Assembly (NCBI GenBank): GCA_963665235.2
Contig: CAXXLX010000002.1
Location: forward strand, 768,001 to 832,000
Origin: Candidatus Poribacteria bacterium
GTDB lineage: Bacteria > Poribacteria > WGA-4E > WGA-3G
Length of the DNA stretch: 64,000 nucleotides
Direction of reading: 5' to 3'
The notes under the pieces were generated by a model that saw only the letters and a list, made by a program, of their open reading frames with translations, was not told where the DNA came from and ran no database searches. Below, piece by piece: positions 29,269 to 39,226 of the stretch. Both the position numbers and the translations under genes were made by a program. Numbering within the stretch: position 1 is the first letter of the stretch; the number at the start of each line of letters is the position of its first letter.

Positions 29269-30339
29269 CTACTTTTTGTAGGTTGCAATTACACCCCAAT
29301 CGTCAACGACCCAGCAGCGGTTTTTATCTATCGCGTAAACAGCTTTAAGGGCACCACCTATCCCTACTTTTAAGGTGTTCCAGGTTTTGCCGCCATCTGT
29401 AGTGTGCAACACCGTGCCGTAATCTCCAGCTGCCCAACCCACCATCGCATCAACAAAGGTAATATCGTAAAGATCATTGTACGAGTCGGTTTTCTGCTGC
29501 TGCCACGTTTTTCCGCCATCGGCGGTGTGGAGGATTAAGCCCTCCTGTCCAGAAATCCAGCCTGTGTTTTCATCAAAAAAATGGATGCCGAACAGGTTGC
29601 TATCCATCTCAAGCTCCCGTTTTTCCCAAGTGTCGCCACTATCGGTCGTCCGTAGCAGTGTTCCGAAAGACCCGATAATCCAGCCCGTTGTAGGAGAAAC
29701 AAACCAGATATTCTCAAGATTTGTGCGGGTACCGCCAAGCCGTATGCGTTCTGAATTGCCTACCCAGGTTTCCCCTCCATCGGTCGTTTTGAGGATAGTA
29801 TTCTCCGTGCCTGCAATGAAACCTGTCTTCTCATTAATCATCTGAATCCCCATCAAAGTAGCCCGAAGTGGCCGTGGGTTTCCACCTCGCCCTGGGGTTG
29901 TACTTCTTGTCGTTTTGCGTATCCATGTTTTGCCGGCATCCTCGGTTTTCAAGATAGTGCCCCTGCCGCCTGTGATAAACCCAACTTTCTCGTTCATAAA
30001 GTAGATATTATGAAGGGGCGCGGGCCCACGACGGCCGAAACCCCCTGGCGGTTGCCCTGGTCTTTGGGTATTGCCAGGACCGGGGGGACGTACAGTGACC
30101 TCTTTTTTGGTCCAGGTTTTCCCGCCATCTGTTGTAACCAATATTAAGCCGTTATTTCCAACGACCAAACCGTTCTGTTCATCCATAAAATGGACATCCT
30201 GAAGCATGCCTTCAATACCGTCAGCACGAAGAACGTCATCTTCGCGGAGGATGGTCCATTTCGCATCAGCTAGCTTCTGTGGAAAAATGCACGCGATGCT
30301 GACAAATACTATGAAAAAAGTGATAATTGTTCTACCCAT
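29269..30339 (-). CDS. YCF48-like / BNR-repeat secreted protein
   Basis: Signal peptide; repeated G..G.IL.T.DGG.TW. Confidence 0.88.
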   Translation of the reverse strand: MGRTIITFFIVFVSIACIFPQKLADAKWTILREDDVLRADGIEGMLQDVHFMDEQNGLVVGNNGLILVTTDGGKTWTKKEVTVRPPGPGNTQRPGQPPGGFGRRGPAPLHNIYFMNEKVGFITGGRGTILKTEDAGKTWIRKTTRSTTPGRGGNPRPLRATLMGIQMINEKTGFIAGTENTILKTTDGGETWVGNSERIRLGGTRTNLENIWFVSPTTGWIIGSFGTLLRTTDSGDTWEKRELEMDSNLFGIHFFDENTGWISGQEGLILHTADGGKTWQQQKTDSYNDLYDITFVDAMVGWAAGDYGTVLHTTDGGKTWNTLKVGIGGALKAVYAIDKNRCWVVDDWGVIATYKK

Positions 30340-30375
30340 GGCAATCTCCTCTCTTATATTTGTGCTAAACCGTGT

Positions 30376-32568
30376 TTAAGAGGCTTGAAACGTTTCGTAA
30401 ATCTGTCGGGCTTTGCTTTCAACCCCCTCTAGGTAAGTTTGACCAAGCAGTGAAAGGTAAAGTTCGGTAGGTTCACCACTTGCTTCCCCGAAGGCTTTCG
30501 CGAACGCGCGGCACTCGGTTTTATCGGGGCCGGAGGCGTAAGCTTTCGTTTTCGCGTCTGTCCCAGATTTTCGGACTTCAACGAACTTGTCGTGAAATTT
30601 GAGATAACTCCCATCCCCTACGAATCGGACATCCTCAAGTGTTGTGAAATCAAGACCTGGCAGGGCATCGGAAAGGATAGCGCGGGTCTGTTCTATCTCT
30701 ATTTTTCCCTCGCGGAGACCAATAGCGATGCCAAGAAAAAACAGGTCGTTTTTGTCACGTTTCGCTTCACCCGCTATTTTCGCCGCCCGTAGCTTTTCGG
30801 GGTTGGGTTCAGATTCGTTGTAATAGGTAATATCCTCTCTCACATCACACGTTGCACTGATGCGGCTCTCCGTGAAAACGGCAGCAAGATAGTCAGACAA
30901 CGGAATATTCGCCTGTTTGCAATGGGCGGCAAGTGCTGTGACCAACACCATAGATTCACCCGCAGATTTTTCACGCATCGCGATAGCGGTTCTGCCGCCC
31001 TGGCTCCGGATGAGCTCTTCGGGGCCCGTAATCATCCCGCCGCTCTCCTCACCAGCAAAGATGAGGCGCGGCTGTACACCGAGTGAAATGGTTTCACCGT
31101 AAACGTCTTGGACAACAACTGGGGCATCTGGCGCGTCGGTAAGCTGTCGCTCAATCTTCTTCATAATCGCGGCAATCTCCTTGAAACCGACGGGTACATT
31201 AATCACGTTGACTGCATTCGCCGCTGCCCACTGGTCCCAAGCTAATGCGGAGGGAGTCGTCTTAATCAGAAAGCGTGGATGATTCTCCCAGAGTCCAGCG
31301 GTTTTTAGCTGTTTTGTGTGGAAGTCCATCAGCATGAGAAAGGCTTGATTAGGGGTGTAAATCGTCAACACCCGGCTGTCGTCAAGCGGTAGAAATTCAA
31401 TACCGAGGCGGTGGAGCGTGTCTGCACGCGAAGCGTCCTCTATTTCACAGACGATGAGCCGGTCGCCATCTGGGTCTGTCGCCTCAATGATTGTGCCGAT
31501 GGGGTGTGTCTTCAGTTTCGTCCCATATTCCGCCGATTTGACGACATCGAGAATGCTAAAATCGCAGCCGAGGTCGTAAAATTCAGCGGCACCTGTCTTC
31601 GGATTGTAATCCAATTTACCTATATTGTGATAGAGCGGGTCCGCCTTGACATGGAGCCAGTGAACAGCCGTAGCAATGCCTAACCGTTCGAAGATAGCAC
31701 GCATCGGACGATACATACATCCCCCCACACAATCAACGACAATTGCGGGTTTGGTTTGACGAATAAGGTCGAGATTCGATGCCGTGGCGACACCGTTTCT
31801 GAGATAACTGACGTAGAGTTGTACGCCATCGTGGAGTTCATCCAATCTTTCAAAATCGATGTGTGGGTCGTTACGTGCGCTGAACTGGATAGGGTATCCT
31901 TCAGACTCGGCGGTCGTCAGAATTGTTTCAATCTTGCTGACGAACCGCATCGATTCTTCAGGCAAATATTGACTCCCCTGGTCGTTGAGGTCTTTGGTAG
32001 CGGTCTTTGTGCTGACAGAGTGGCTTGATGTGACATGCTCGCCGCCATCCAGGTCCAGCATGAAGATTAAAAACGATGCCATCCAAATCGGTAGGAGCCC
32101 AAATCCTTTCGGCACGTAAGTTCGAATGCCTTGCGCTGCCTGAATGCGTGCGATATATTCTACATATTTCTGTGAGTTGTATCGGACCTCACACCCGGCT
32201 ATTTTCTCAATAGGTTTCCCGGCTGATGTTTCCCTCGCGACGAGGCTTTTTCCGAGCGTCGCCAAAATTATGCCGACCTGATTAATTGGGAAGCGCGTAT
32301 CCCAGGGGTATAAAATATTTTGCGGACCCCGGATACCCGCAGTTGAGACCTGTGCCTCCTTGGCATAGTTGCGAAACCAATCCCAGAGATTCAGTTGGTC
32401 AATCAGGTCTTTGTCAAGCACGAACGTGAATGCCCCCGGCTCGTCTTGTGGAAAAAGGGGAGTTTTTACCGGGTCTGGCGTATTCTGTTCAACGACTGAA
32501 AAGAGTTGCTGCTCCGTTTGATTGCGTTTTTCAAGATACGCCGTATCGACAGGAATGATCATCTTCAC
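30376..32568 (-). CDS. Alpha-D-phosphohexomutase (PGM/PMM) superfamily protein
   Basis: STAGIRG, TSSH, DPDGDR, PVGFK, GEESGG, RKSGT. Confidence 0.85.
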   Translation of the reverse strand: MKMIIPVDTAYLEKRNQTEQQLFSVVEQNTPDPVKTPLFPQDEPGAFTFVLDKDLIDQLNLWDWFRNYAKEAQVSTAGIRGPQNILYPWDTRFPINQVGIILATLGKSLVARETSAGKPIEKIAGCEVRYNSQKYVEYIARIQAAQGIRTYVPKGFGLLPIWMASFLIFMLDLDGGEHVTSSHSVSTKTATKDLNDQGSQYLPEESMRFVSKIETILTTAESEGYPIQFSARNDPHIDFERLDELHDGVQLYVSYLRNGVATASNLDLIRQTKPAIVVDCVGGCMYRPMRAIFERLGIATAVHWLHVKADPLYHNIGKLDYNPKTGAAEFYDLGCDFSILDVVKSAEYGTKLKTHPIGTIIEATDPDGDRLIVCEIEDASRADTLHRLGIEFLPLDDSRVLTIYTPNQAFLMLMDFHTKQLKTAGLWENHPRFLIKTTPSALAWDQWAAANAVNVINVPVGFKEIAAIMKKIERQLTDAPDAPVVVQDVYGETISLGVQPRLIFAGEESGGMITGPEELIRSQGGRTAIAMREKSAGESMVLVTALAAHCKQANIPLSDYLAAVFTESRISATCDVREDITYYNESEPNPEKLRAAKIAGEAKRDKNDLFFLGIAIGLREGKIEIEQTRAILSDALPGLDFTTLEDVRFVGDGSYLKFHDKFVEVRKSGTDAKTKAYASGPDKTECRAFAKAFGEASGEPTELYLSLLGQTYLEGVESKARQIYETFQAS

Positions 32569-32670
32569 TCTCCAAAAAAGATTTTGGGGCTATTATACCA
32601 TATATCCACAATTTGTGTCAGTTAATTTGTAGGATATTAGGATATGCCAGAGACATTCAATCCGCTCATC

Positions 32671-33422
32671 TCATGTAGTCTCTGCTGAATTAAATTTAAC
32701 GATTTTCTCCCAAAGTATGTTACCGTCGTTATCACAAAATTCCTTGATAAATTCAAAAGTAAACTTGTTGATAATTTTATCATACTCTTCCATAAATTGC
32801 GCGTTTTTCTCTTTGGCTTGATGTCCCAGCGGTTCAATGATGTCAGTATACAAGTTGTCATCAGCTGAAATAAATGCCCAAAATTTTTGGCCACACAACT
32901 TTATATAGTCGCCCTTATCTGGCTTCCGATTTTTTCCATAGCAGCAACCGTTGATAGCAACGACATTTGTAGAGGGTGTATTTGTCCTGAGAATCCGTTT
33001 TGCTCTCTGCATTTTTTTGATTTGAAATTGTCCTGCATTTTTTTGATTTGACTACTATTTCCCCAATTTGGCCCAGATTTAATCGATATAATATATCTTA
33101 CGCTGTCTTTTTCAAACTCTAAATCAATTCCTTCTGCTGAAGATTTTCGACCATCATATACTTGTGTGCAAATAAAAATAGCAAGCCCCTCCAGAAACCC
33201 GCCAAAAATCGTTTCTTCTTGCGAAGATAGATGAGCCTCTAGAATAGTCTTAACAAATTCCGATGCCGTGTTAATATTTTTCGCCTTGAATAAATATGGA
33301 TTTTTGCGTTTGACAACATTCATCAGTTTCAATTTTTGAAGGTTTTCTAACCTTCTCTGATGAAAGATTTGAATATTCGCCTCAACATAATCCGTGAGCT
33401 CTTGTTGTGTAATGGGTTTCAC
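32671..33422 (-). pseudogene. PmeII/EcoO109I-like type II restriction endonuclease, frameshifted near 33007-33025
   Basis: RKNPYLF, SSQEET.FG.FLE, GIDLEF, IKSGPNWGN, GQKFW; frames 32901 and 32671 joined by a 14-nt insertion. Confidence 0.8.
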
Positions 33423-34266
33423 ATTCCACCTCTTCAAATAACGAATATTGTGATTGTGTCGATTCGATGTGCTCTTTTGCCACCTGATAATACTGCGGCA
33501 AGATTTCAATGCCGGCAGAATTTCTCGATAACCGCTGAGCGACCTGACATGTCGTTCCGGAACCCATAAACGGATCCAGCACCCAATCCTTTTCCTTCGT
33601 AAATAGCCTAATAAACCATTCGGGCAACGTCTTCGGAAAAACGGCACTATGTTTGCGATTGCCCGTTTCTGTCGCAAGATGCAAAACATTCGTCGGATAC
33701 GCCATTTTTCTGCCTACCCAATTTGAAACGTTTTTACCAAACCCGCTCCCCACTTTTGATGTATCCCGCCCTTTATCTGTTTCGCTGAGGTTTTTCAATC
33801 GTTTTTCCGCCCACTCGCCCATCGGCACCATGACAGCCTCCTGATACATATTGAACTTCTTCGTTTTGTTGAACTGTAAACACCGCTCCCAGGCATCTCT
33901 GAATCGGTTTGGCCATTTGCCCGGATAGCAATTTTTCTTGTGCCAGACAAACTCCTCTGTCCACAACCAACCCTGTTTTCTCATCTCGAGTATCAATTCA
34001 ATAACATAGGTGTGCCGTTCACCGCTAACGGCGTTCTCTTTAATGTTCAGGATGAAGGTGCCAGATGGCTTGAGGACTCTTAGAAATTGTTCGGCACGAG
34101 GCATAAACCAATTAACGTATTCATCAGGTTTGATTCCGTTATACGTTTTGGCGCGGCGGTCTGCGTAAGGGGGAGATGTTATGATTAGGTCAAACGAATC
34201 GGTGTCAAAATTGGAGAGGACCTCTAAACAATCTCCGAGATACAAATCGGTTTTTACTATTTTCAT
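33382..34266 (-). CDS. N4-C/N6-A DNA methyltransferase (beta class)
   Basis: TSPPY, H.A.FP, VLDPFMGSGTT. Confidence 0.92.
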   Translation of the reverse strand: MKIVKTDLYLGDCLEVLSNFDTDSFDLIITSPPYADRRAKTYNGIKPDEYVNWFMPRAEQFLRVLKPSGTFILNIKENAVSGERHTYVIELILEMRKQGWLWTEEFVWHKKNCYPGKWPNRFRDAWERCLQFNKTKKFNMYQEAVMVPMGEWAEKRLKNLSETDKGRDTSKVGSGFGKNVSNWVGRKMAYPTNVLHLATETGNRKHSAVFPKTLPEWFIRLFTKEKDWVLDPFMGSGTTCQVAQRLSRNSAGIEILPQYYQVAKEHIESTQSQYSLFEEVECETHYTTRAHGLC

Positions 34267-34525
34267 TGGAAACTGCCTTTGGACACTAAACTTTGGACGA
34301 AGTCACGGATAGCCTCATTTAGATATTATAGCAGATGTAGCGTTGCAAATGCAAGGAAAAAATAGAGAAGGTGGTAAATATTTTGTCAAAAATTGAACAG
34401 TTCTGCACTAAAAATAAATTTTGCTTGACAAATTCTGTGAAAATCTGTTTAATAGTAGAGACAGGTACAAAAATGCTGCCTTTGCAGCACCTTAGAATTA
34501 ACCTACTTGGGAGATATTAAATTAC

Positions 34526-34987
34526 ATGAAAATAGAGAAACGACTTGAAGAACTAGGTGTGAAATTACCACCTCCGGCGGTCCCCGTGGCGAATTACGTC
34601 ACAACGGTGCAAACCGGAAATCTTGTCTTTACGTCTGGACACGGACCCGGCACAGGCGAAGGTAAAATCTATAAGAGTCAACTCGGTACAGATGCGACTA
34701 TTGAAGAGGGGTATGCCTCTGCGCGTCAGGTTGCAATCGAATTATTGAGCACGCTCCAACATGCCCTCGGCGATTTGGACCGGATTAAGCGGATTGTGAA
34801 GGTTGTCGGTTTCGTTAACTCGGCACCAGATTTCACGGACCAGCCGGCTGTCGTCAACGGTGCATCCGACTTTTTCGTTGAGGTATTCGGCGATAAGGGA
34901 AAACATGCACGTTCGGCAGTTGGCATGGTACAATTGCCCGGCGGCATTCCGGTTGAAATTGAGATGGTTGTTGAAATTGAGGAGTAG
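34526..34987 (+). CDS. RidA/YjgF-family protein
   Basis: PVANY, V.GFVNSAPDF.DQP.V.NGAS, HARSAVG. Confidence 0.92.
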   Translation: MKIEKRLEELGVKLPPPAVPVANYVTTVQTGNLVFTSGHGPGTGEGKIYKSQLGTDATIEEGYASARQVAIELLSTLQHALGDLDRIKRIVKVVGFVNSAPDFTDQPAVVNGASDFFVEVFGDKGKHARSAVGMVQLPGGIPVEIEMVVEIEE

Positions 34988-34999
34988 ACTTTAAATACC

Positions 35000-36193
35000 A
35001 TGGCAGTTCAAATTGTTAAGCCTCGCATTCGCGGTTTTATCTGCACAAATGCGCATCCTGCTGGGTGCCAGGCGAACGTTCAAAACCAGATAGCACTGAT
35101 TAAGGAGCGTATTCCGCACAAATCGGCAGGGTTAAATGCGCTCGTTGTGGGCGCGTCAACCGGTTACGGTCTTGCTTCTCGGATTGCCTTGACGTGGGCG
35201 TACGGTGCTAAGACACTTGGGCTTCTCTACGAACGGCCCGCGGATAGCCGACGGACCGCAACGGCAGGCTACTATAACACGGTTGCGTTTCATCAAGCGG
35301 CAGAACGCGATGGGTTTTTGGCAGAGAGCCTCAACGGTGATGCCTTTTCGGATGAAATAAAGGCGGAAGCCCTCACCCGAATCAGAGAGAATTTTGGCAA
35401 AATAGATATGCTCGTCTATAGCATTGCGGCTCCCCGACGAATTCATCCCCGCACTGGCGAAGCGCATACGTCTCAACTAAAACCGATTGGCGAAGCCTAC
35501 ACCGGGAAAACCGTGGATTTGAATCGGGAGGTCGTTGTGCCTGTAACGATTGAACCGGCAAACGAGCAGGAAATCTCGGACACAATTGCTGTTATGGGGG
35601 GCGAAGATTTAGAGATGTGGGTGTCGGCACTAGCGGATGCCGATTTGCTGGCACCAGCAGTAACGGTTGTCGCTTATACCTATATCGGCAGTGCATTAAC
35701 TTGGGCAATTTATCGAGATGGCACTATCGGCAGGGCAAAAGATGACCTGAAGCTACGGGTTGACGCGCTCGATGAAAAACTTGCGAAGCAATTAGGCGGC
35801 AATGCCTACATTTCGGTTAATAAAGCAGTCGTTACACAAGCTTCAGCGGCCATCCCTGTCGTTCCGTTGTATATAAGCATTCTTTACGATATTATGAATG
35901 CGAAGGGTATCAACGAGGCACCGATTGGACAGATGCAGCGGCTCTTCTCGGAGCATCTTGGACCGGGACTAAAACCGCAACTGGATAGCGAACGTTACAT
36001 TCGCCTAGATGATAGAGAATTACGGCAAGACGTAACCGAGGCTGTCACGGCGCGTTGGGAAGAGATTGATACCGACAACTTCCATGACCTCTCCGATTAC
36101 GCAGATTTCAGAAGACGGTTCCGAAACCTATTCGGCTTTGAGGTCGACGGCGTGGACTACGATGAAGCCGTGGAAACAGAATTAGTATTCTAA
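35000..36193 (+). CDS. fabV: Enoyl-ACP/trans-2-enoyl-CoA reductase
   Basis: RGFIC..AHP.GC, GASTGYGLASRI, GDAFS, VMGGED, YRDGTIG.AK, VTQAS.AIP. Confidence 0.93.
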   Translation: MAVQIVKPRIRGFICTNAHPAGCQANVQNQIALIKERIPHKSAGLNALVVGASTGYGLASRIALTWAYGAKTLGLLYERPADSRRTATAGYYNTVAFHQAAERDGFLAESLNGDAFSDEIKAEALTRIRENFGKIDMLVYSIAAPRRIHPRTGEAHTSQLKPIGEAYTGKTVDLNREVVVPVTIEPANEQEISDTIAVMGGEDLEMWVSALADADLLAPAVTVVAYTYIGSALTWAIYRDGTIGRAKDDLKLRVDALDEKLAKQLGGNAYISVNKAVVTQASAAIPVVPLYISILYDIMNAKGINEAPIGQMQRLFSEHLGPGLKPQLDSERYIRLDDRELRQDVTEAVTARWEEIDTDNFHDLSDYADFRRRFRNLFGFEVDGVDYDEAVETELVF

Positions 36194-36207
36194 GGAGGAA
36201 TTTAATA

Positions 36208-36699
36208 ATGGGACGTTATTTCAACCGCGTATTGACATTTTTAGTAATCGCTTGTTGTTTAGTGCTTCAGCCTGCTGAGGCAACAGATAATAAAGATGCT
36301 GACTTCGGATTCGGCTACATGTTTACCTCCCTGTCCAATAGAGAGCTGATAAGCGCAAATGGTCTCAGTTGGAAAACGCCGCTCTCAGAAAGTTTCAGTA
36401 TTCAAAATGTTTTATGGCTTTTGGAAGATGAGAAGACAAGCGTGGCAGTGACAAACCGATTTTTGTATACCGTCAAAATACATTCTCGAAGCCAGCTCTA
36501 TTGGGGTTGGGGTACGGTTTATCCGAGACAGTGGCAGTATGAAACACTCATAGGTTTTGAATACTTCTTTTTAGAGAATGCTGATTTCGGATATACCATT
36601 GAGTTTGGTTTGAGCCGCTTAAAACGTGCAGCTGAAGATTCAGAGGATGGTAGTAGATTAGGCAAGCGTTTACTGTTCGGTTATCATCTTTACTTCTGA
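36208..36699 (+). CDS. Hypothetical outer-membrane beta-barrel-like protein
   Basis: Signal peptide, alternating aromatic strands, C-terminal GYHLYF. Confidence 0.6.
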   Translation: MGRYFNRVLTFLVIACCLVLQPAEATDNKDADFGFGYMFTSLSNRELISANGLSWKTPLSESFSIQNVLWLLEDEKTSVAVTNRFLYTVKIHSRSQLYWGWGTVYPRQWQYETLIGFEYFFLENADFGYTIEFGLSRLKRAAEDSEDGSRLGKRLLFGYHLYF

Positions 36700-36736
36700 T
36701 TACGTAAGTTAGGAATCGCTTTATAAGGAGAAAGTT

Positions 36737-37459
36737 ATGGCACAACCTTTGGTTACAGTTTGGAATGAATTTAGGCACGAAAAAACGAACGAAACCATCC
36801 GCAAAATTTATCCGAAAGGCATTCACACCGCTATTGCTGATGGGTTAAATGAACACGGCATTGAAACGCTAACCGCTACGTTAGACGAGCCGGAGCACGG
36901 TTTGACTGACGAAGTGCTGGATAAAACGGATGTCCTAATATGGTGGGGACACGCTGCGCACGGTGCCGTTGAAGATGCAATCGCTGATAAGGTGAAGGCA
37001 CGGGTGTTACAAGGTATGGGATTAATCGTCCTACATTCCGGGCACTATTCTAAACCCTTTACCCGCTTGATGGGAACATCGTGTAGCCTCAAGTGGCGTG
37101 AGGCAGCCGAAAAAGAACGCATCTGGGTGATTGAACATAGCCATCCAATCGTTGAAGGCCTCGGCGAATACTTCGAAATTGAGCACGCTGAAATGTATGG
37201 CGAACCGTTCGACATTCCGGAACCCGACACGCTTGTTTTTATCAGTTGGTTTCCCGGCGGTGAGGTCTTTCGGAGCGGGTGTTGCTACTATCGCGGCAGA
37301 GGAAAAATCTTCTATTTCCGCCCCGGGCATGAAACATACCCAATCTATTACGATGAAAATGTCCGACATGTAATCGCCAACGCAGCGCGATGGGCAGCAC
37401 TCGGAGACGCACCTAAACCCGTTTTCGGACATTCACAACCGTTGGAACCCCTCAGTTGA
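36737..37459 (+). CDS. thuA: ThuA (trehalose utilisation) family protein
   Basis: [38 protein letters not shown]. Confidence 0.9.
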   Translation: MAQPLVTVWNEFRHEKTNETIRKIYPKGIHTAIADGLNEHGIETLTATLDEPEHGLTDEVLDKTDVLIWWGHAAHGAVEDAIADKVKARVLQGMGLIVLHSGHYSKPFTRLMGTSCSLKWREAAEKERIWVIEHSHPIVEGLGEYFEIEHAEMYGEPFDIPEPDTLVFISWFPGGEVFRSGCCYYRGRGKIFYFRPGHETYPIYYDENVRHVIANAARWAALGDAPKPVFGHSQPLEPLS

Positions 37460-37486
37460 GGAAAAACCGCAATAAGGAGATGAACT

Positions 37487-38209
37487 ATGGAACAGACAAA
37501 ACCGAAACTTGACCAGCTGCTACAGGACGGTTTCATTTTAATAGAGGGTGCGTTGTCACCAGAGGAAACCGAAAACATTCGTCAGCGGGTTAACTACGCC
37601 CGCGAACAGGGTTGGGAAGAGGGATTGAACGCAGTCGGTAATATGTGGTTCGATTCCCTGCTTGACCGCGAACCGGATACATACGGGCCCCTTGTCGGAC
37701 ATTCTAGCGTCCGTCCCTATCTTGAAGGCCTGATGGGAAAACAGTGCCAGCTACGGAGCTTGCGTGCACATATCAATCCAGGCCCTTATCTACAAGAGTG
37801 GCACATGGACTTTTACGGCTATTGGCACGAAAAACGATATGTTGAGGAACACCCGTTTGCAATGGCACCTGCCGGTATCAACACCACCTACTATTTTCAA
37901 GACAACGGCCCCGGAGAAGGGCACCTCAAGTTTGTCAAAGGTGGACATCTAAACGAACCGCCGCATCTATATCCGTTAGACCGTCCCAAATTTGAGGAGT
38001 GGTGTGAATCACAAGAACACGTTATTCTGTATCCGAAGGCGGGGGATTGTGTCGTGTTTATCAATCACATTCCGCACCAGGGTGCAAAAGAACGCGACGA
38101 TATGGAACGTAGCAACGTTGTGTGCCATTATCAGGTAACACCGATGTATGATGGCGTTTGGCACGTCTCACGCCCGCGCGGGTATCAGGGCACTTTTCCG
38201 TTTGCTTAG
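37487..38209 (+). CDS. PhyH-family Fe(II)/2OG dioxygenase
   Basis: DGFILIEGAL, WHMD, AGDCVVF...H. Confidence 0.85.
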   Translation: MEQTKPKLDQLLQDGFILIEGALSPEETENIRQRVNYAREQGWEEGLNAVGNMWFDSLLDREPDTYGPLVGHSSVRPYLEGLMGKQCQLRSLRAHINPGPYLQEWHMDFYGYWHEKRYVEEHPFAMAPAGINTTYYFQDNGPGEGHLKFVKGGHLNEPPHLYPLDRPKFEEWCESQEHVILYPKAGDCVVFINHIPHQGAKERDDMERSNVVCHYQVTPMYDGVWHVSRPRGYQGTFPFA

Positions 38210-38258
38210 ACATAATAGTAGGCACACACCCTGTGCCTACTCTCATTGATGAGAATAG

Positions 38259-39077
38259 GTGACACTTATGCGTACATTTATTATTTTTCTATACGTTGTA
38301 TATCTGGTAGGCAGTTTTCAATTTACCTGCACAGCCGAAACATTTAAGGGCTTGGTCGTTTATTTCTCATTTGAAGAGGGCAGCGGTAAAACCGTTGTGG
38401 ACCGCTCAGGCAACGGCAACAACGGACAATTAGCAGGTGACACCGATTGGACTGATGGTAAATTCGGTAAAGCTCTCAATTTTGGTGGGGAGAACGGCAT
38501 TGTTCACGTCAAACATTCGGACACTTTTGAATTTACAGATGGCATTACGATTTGCGCCTGGATCCGCCCTACGTTGATAGAGGGACCCGGGGAATGGCAA
38601 CTTATTGCAGCCAAGGGACCCGATGTTGATGAGTTCTTTGAGATTCTGTTACATCCAGATGGCTTTATATGGATGGGGTGGAGATTATCGGTTGGGCGTA
38701 TAGTGCCTGAGAAAAGTCCGCCAGATATTGTCAAAGATAAATGGCAGCACATTGCCGTTTCGTTTCAAGCAGATAGGTGGTGGACAATTTACCTTAATGG
38801 CAACGTCCTGATTGATTATCCAAGGGCACGCGCCAATTTGAAACCTGTCGAATCGCCGTTGCTGCTGGGAACAGAGGAGCCGTTCGCTCTGAACCGCTAC
38901 TATAACGGTGATATTGACGAGTTCGTGATTTTTAACCGGGGGCTCTCCGAGAACGACATTAAAAAACTACAGGCAGCGCCGGTGGAAACAATATTGGCTG
39001 TTGACCCGAGCGCGAAGCTCTCCACAACGTGGGGTACCCTCAAACAGAGATATAACGTTCGTGATGTGTCAAATTGA
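38259..39077 (+). CDS. Secreted LamG-like protein with TWG-K tail
   Basis: YFSFEEGSG..V.D.SGNGN.G, GKFGKAL, WQHIA, G.IDE; VDPSAKLSTTWGTLK. Confidence 0.88.
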   Translation: MTLMRTFIIFLYVVYLVGSFQFTCTAETFKGLVVYFSFEEGSGKTVVDRSGNGNNGQLAGDTDWTDGKFGKALNFGGENGIVHVKHSDTFEFTDGITICAWIRPTLIEGPGEWQLIAAKGPDVDEFFEILLHPDGFIWMGWRLSVGRIVPEKSPPDIVKDKWQHIAVSFQADRWWTIYLNGNVLIDYPRARANLKPVESPLLLGTEEPFALNRYYNGDIDEFVIFNRGLSENDIKKLQAAPVETILAVDPSAKLSTTWGTLKQRYNVRDVSN

Positions 39078-39163
39078 CCTGAGGTCCGAAACGTTTTTAG
39101 CGTGAAAAGTGCCAAATTGGCATGCATACCCCCGCTATCTACCGAATTTGAAGGGGTTTCGGT

Positions 39164-39179
39164 TGGCACAAATATTGCA
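39164..39179 (+). promoter_or_regulatory. Sigma-54 (-24/-12) promoter of dnaK
   Basis: TGGCAC-aaata-TTGCA matches consensus TGGCAC-N5-TTGCW; palindrome TGCCAAaTTGGCA about 50 bp upstream. Confidence 0.75.
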
Positions 39180-39226
39180 TACAATAGAGATATAATTAAA
39201 ATAACTTGTAGAATTGGAGATTTAGC

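Noticed and set aside
39095-39125. CIRCE operator before dnaK
   Set aside because: ttagcgtgaaaagtgccaa does not fit TTAGCACTC-N9-GAGTGCTAA
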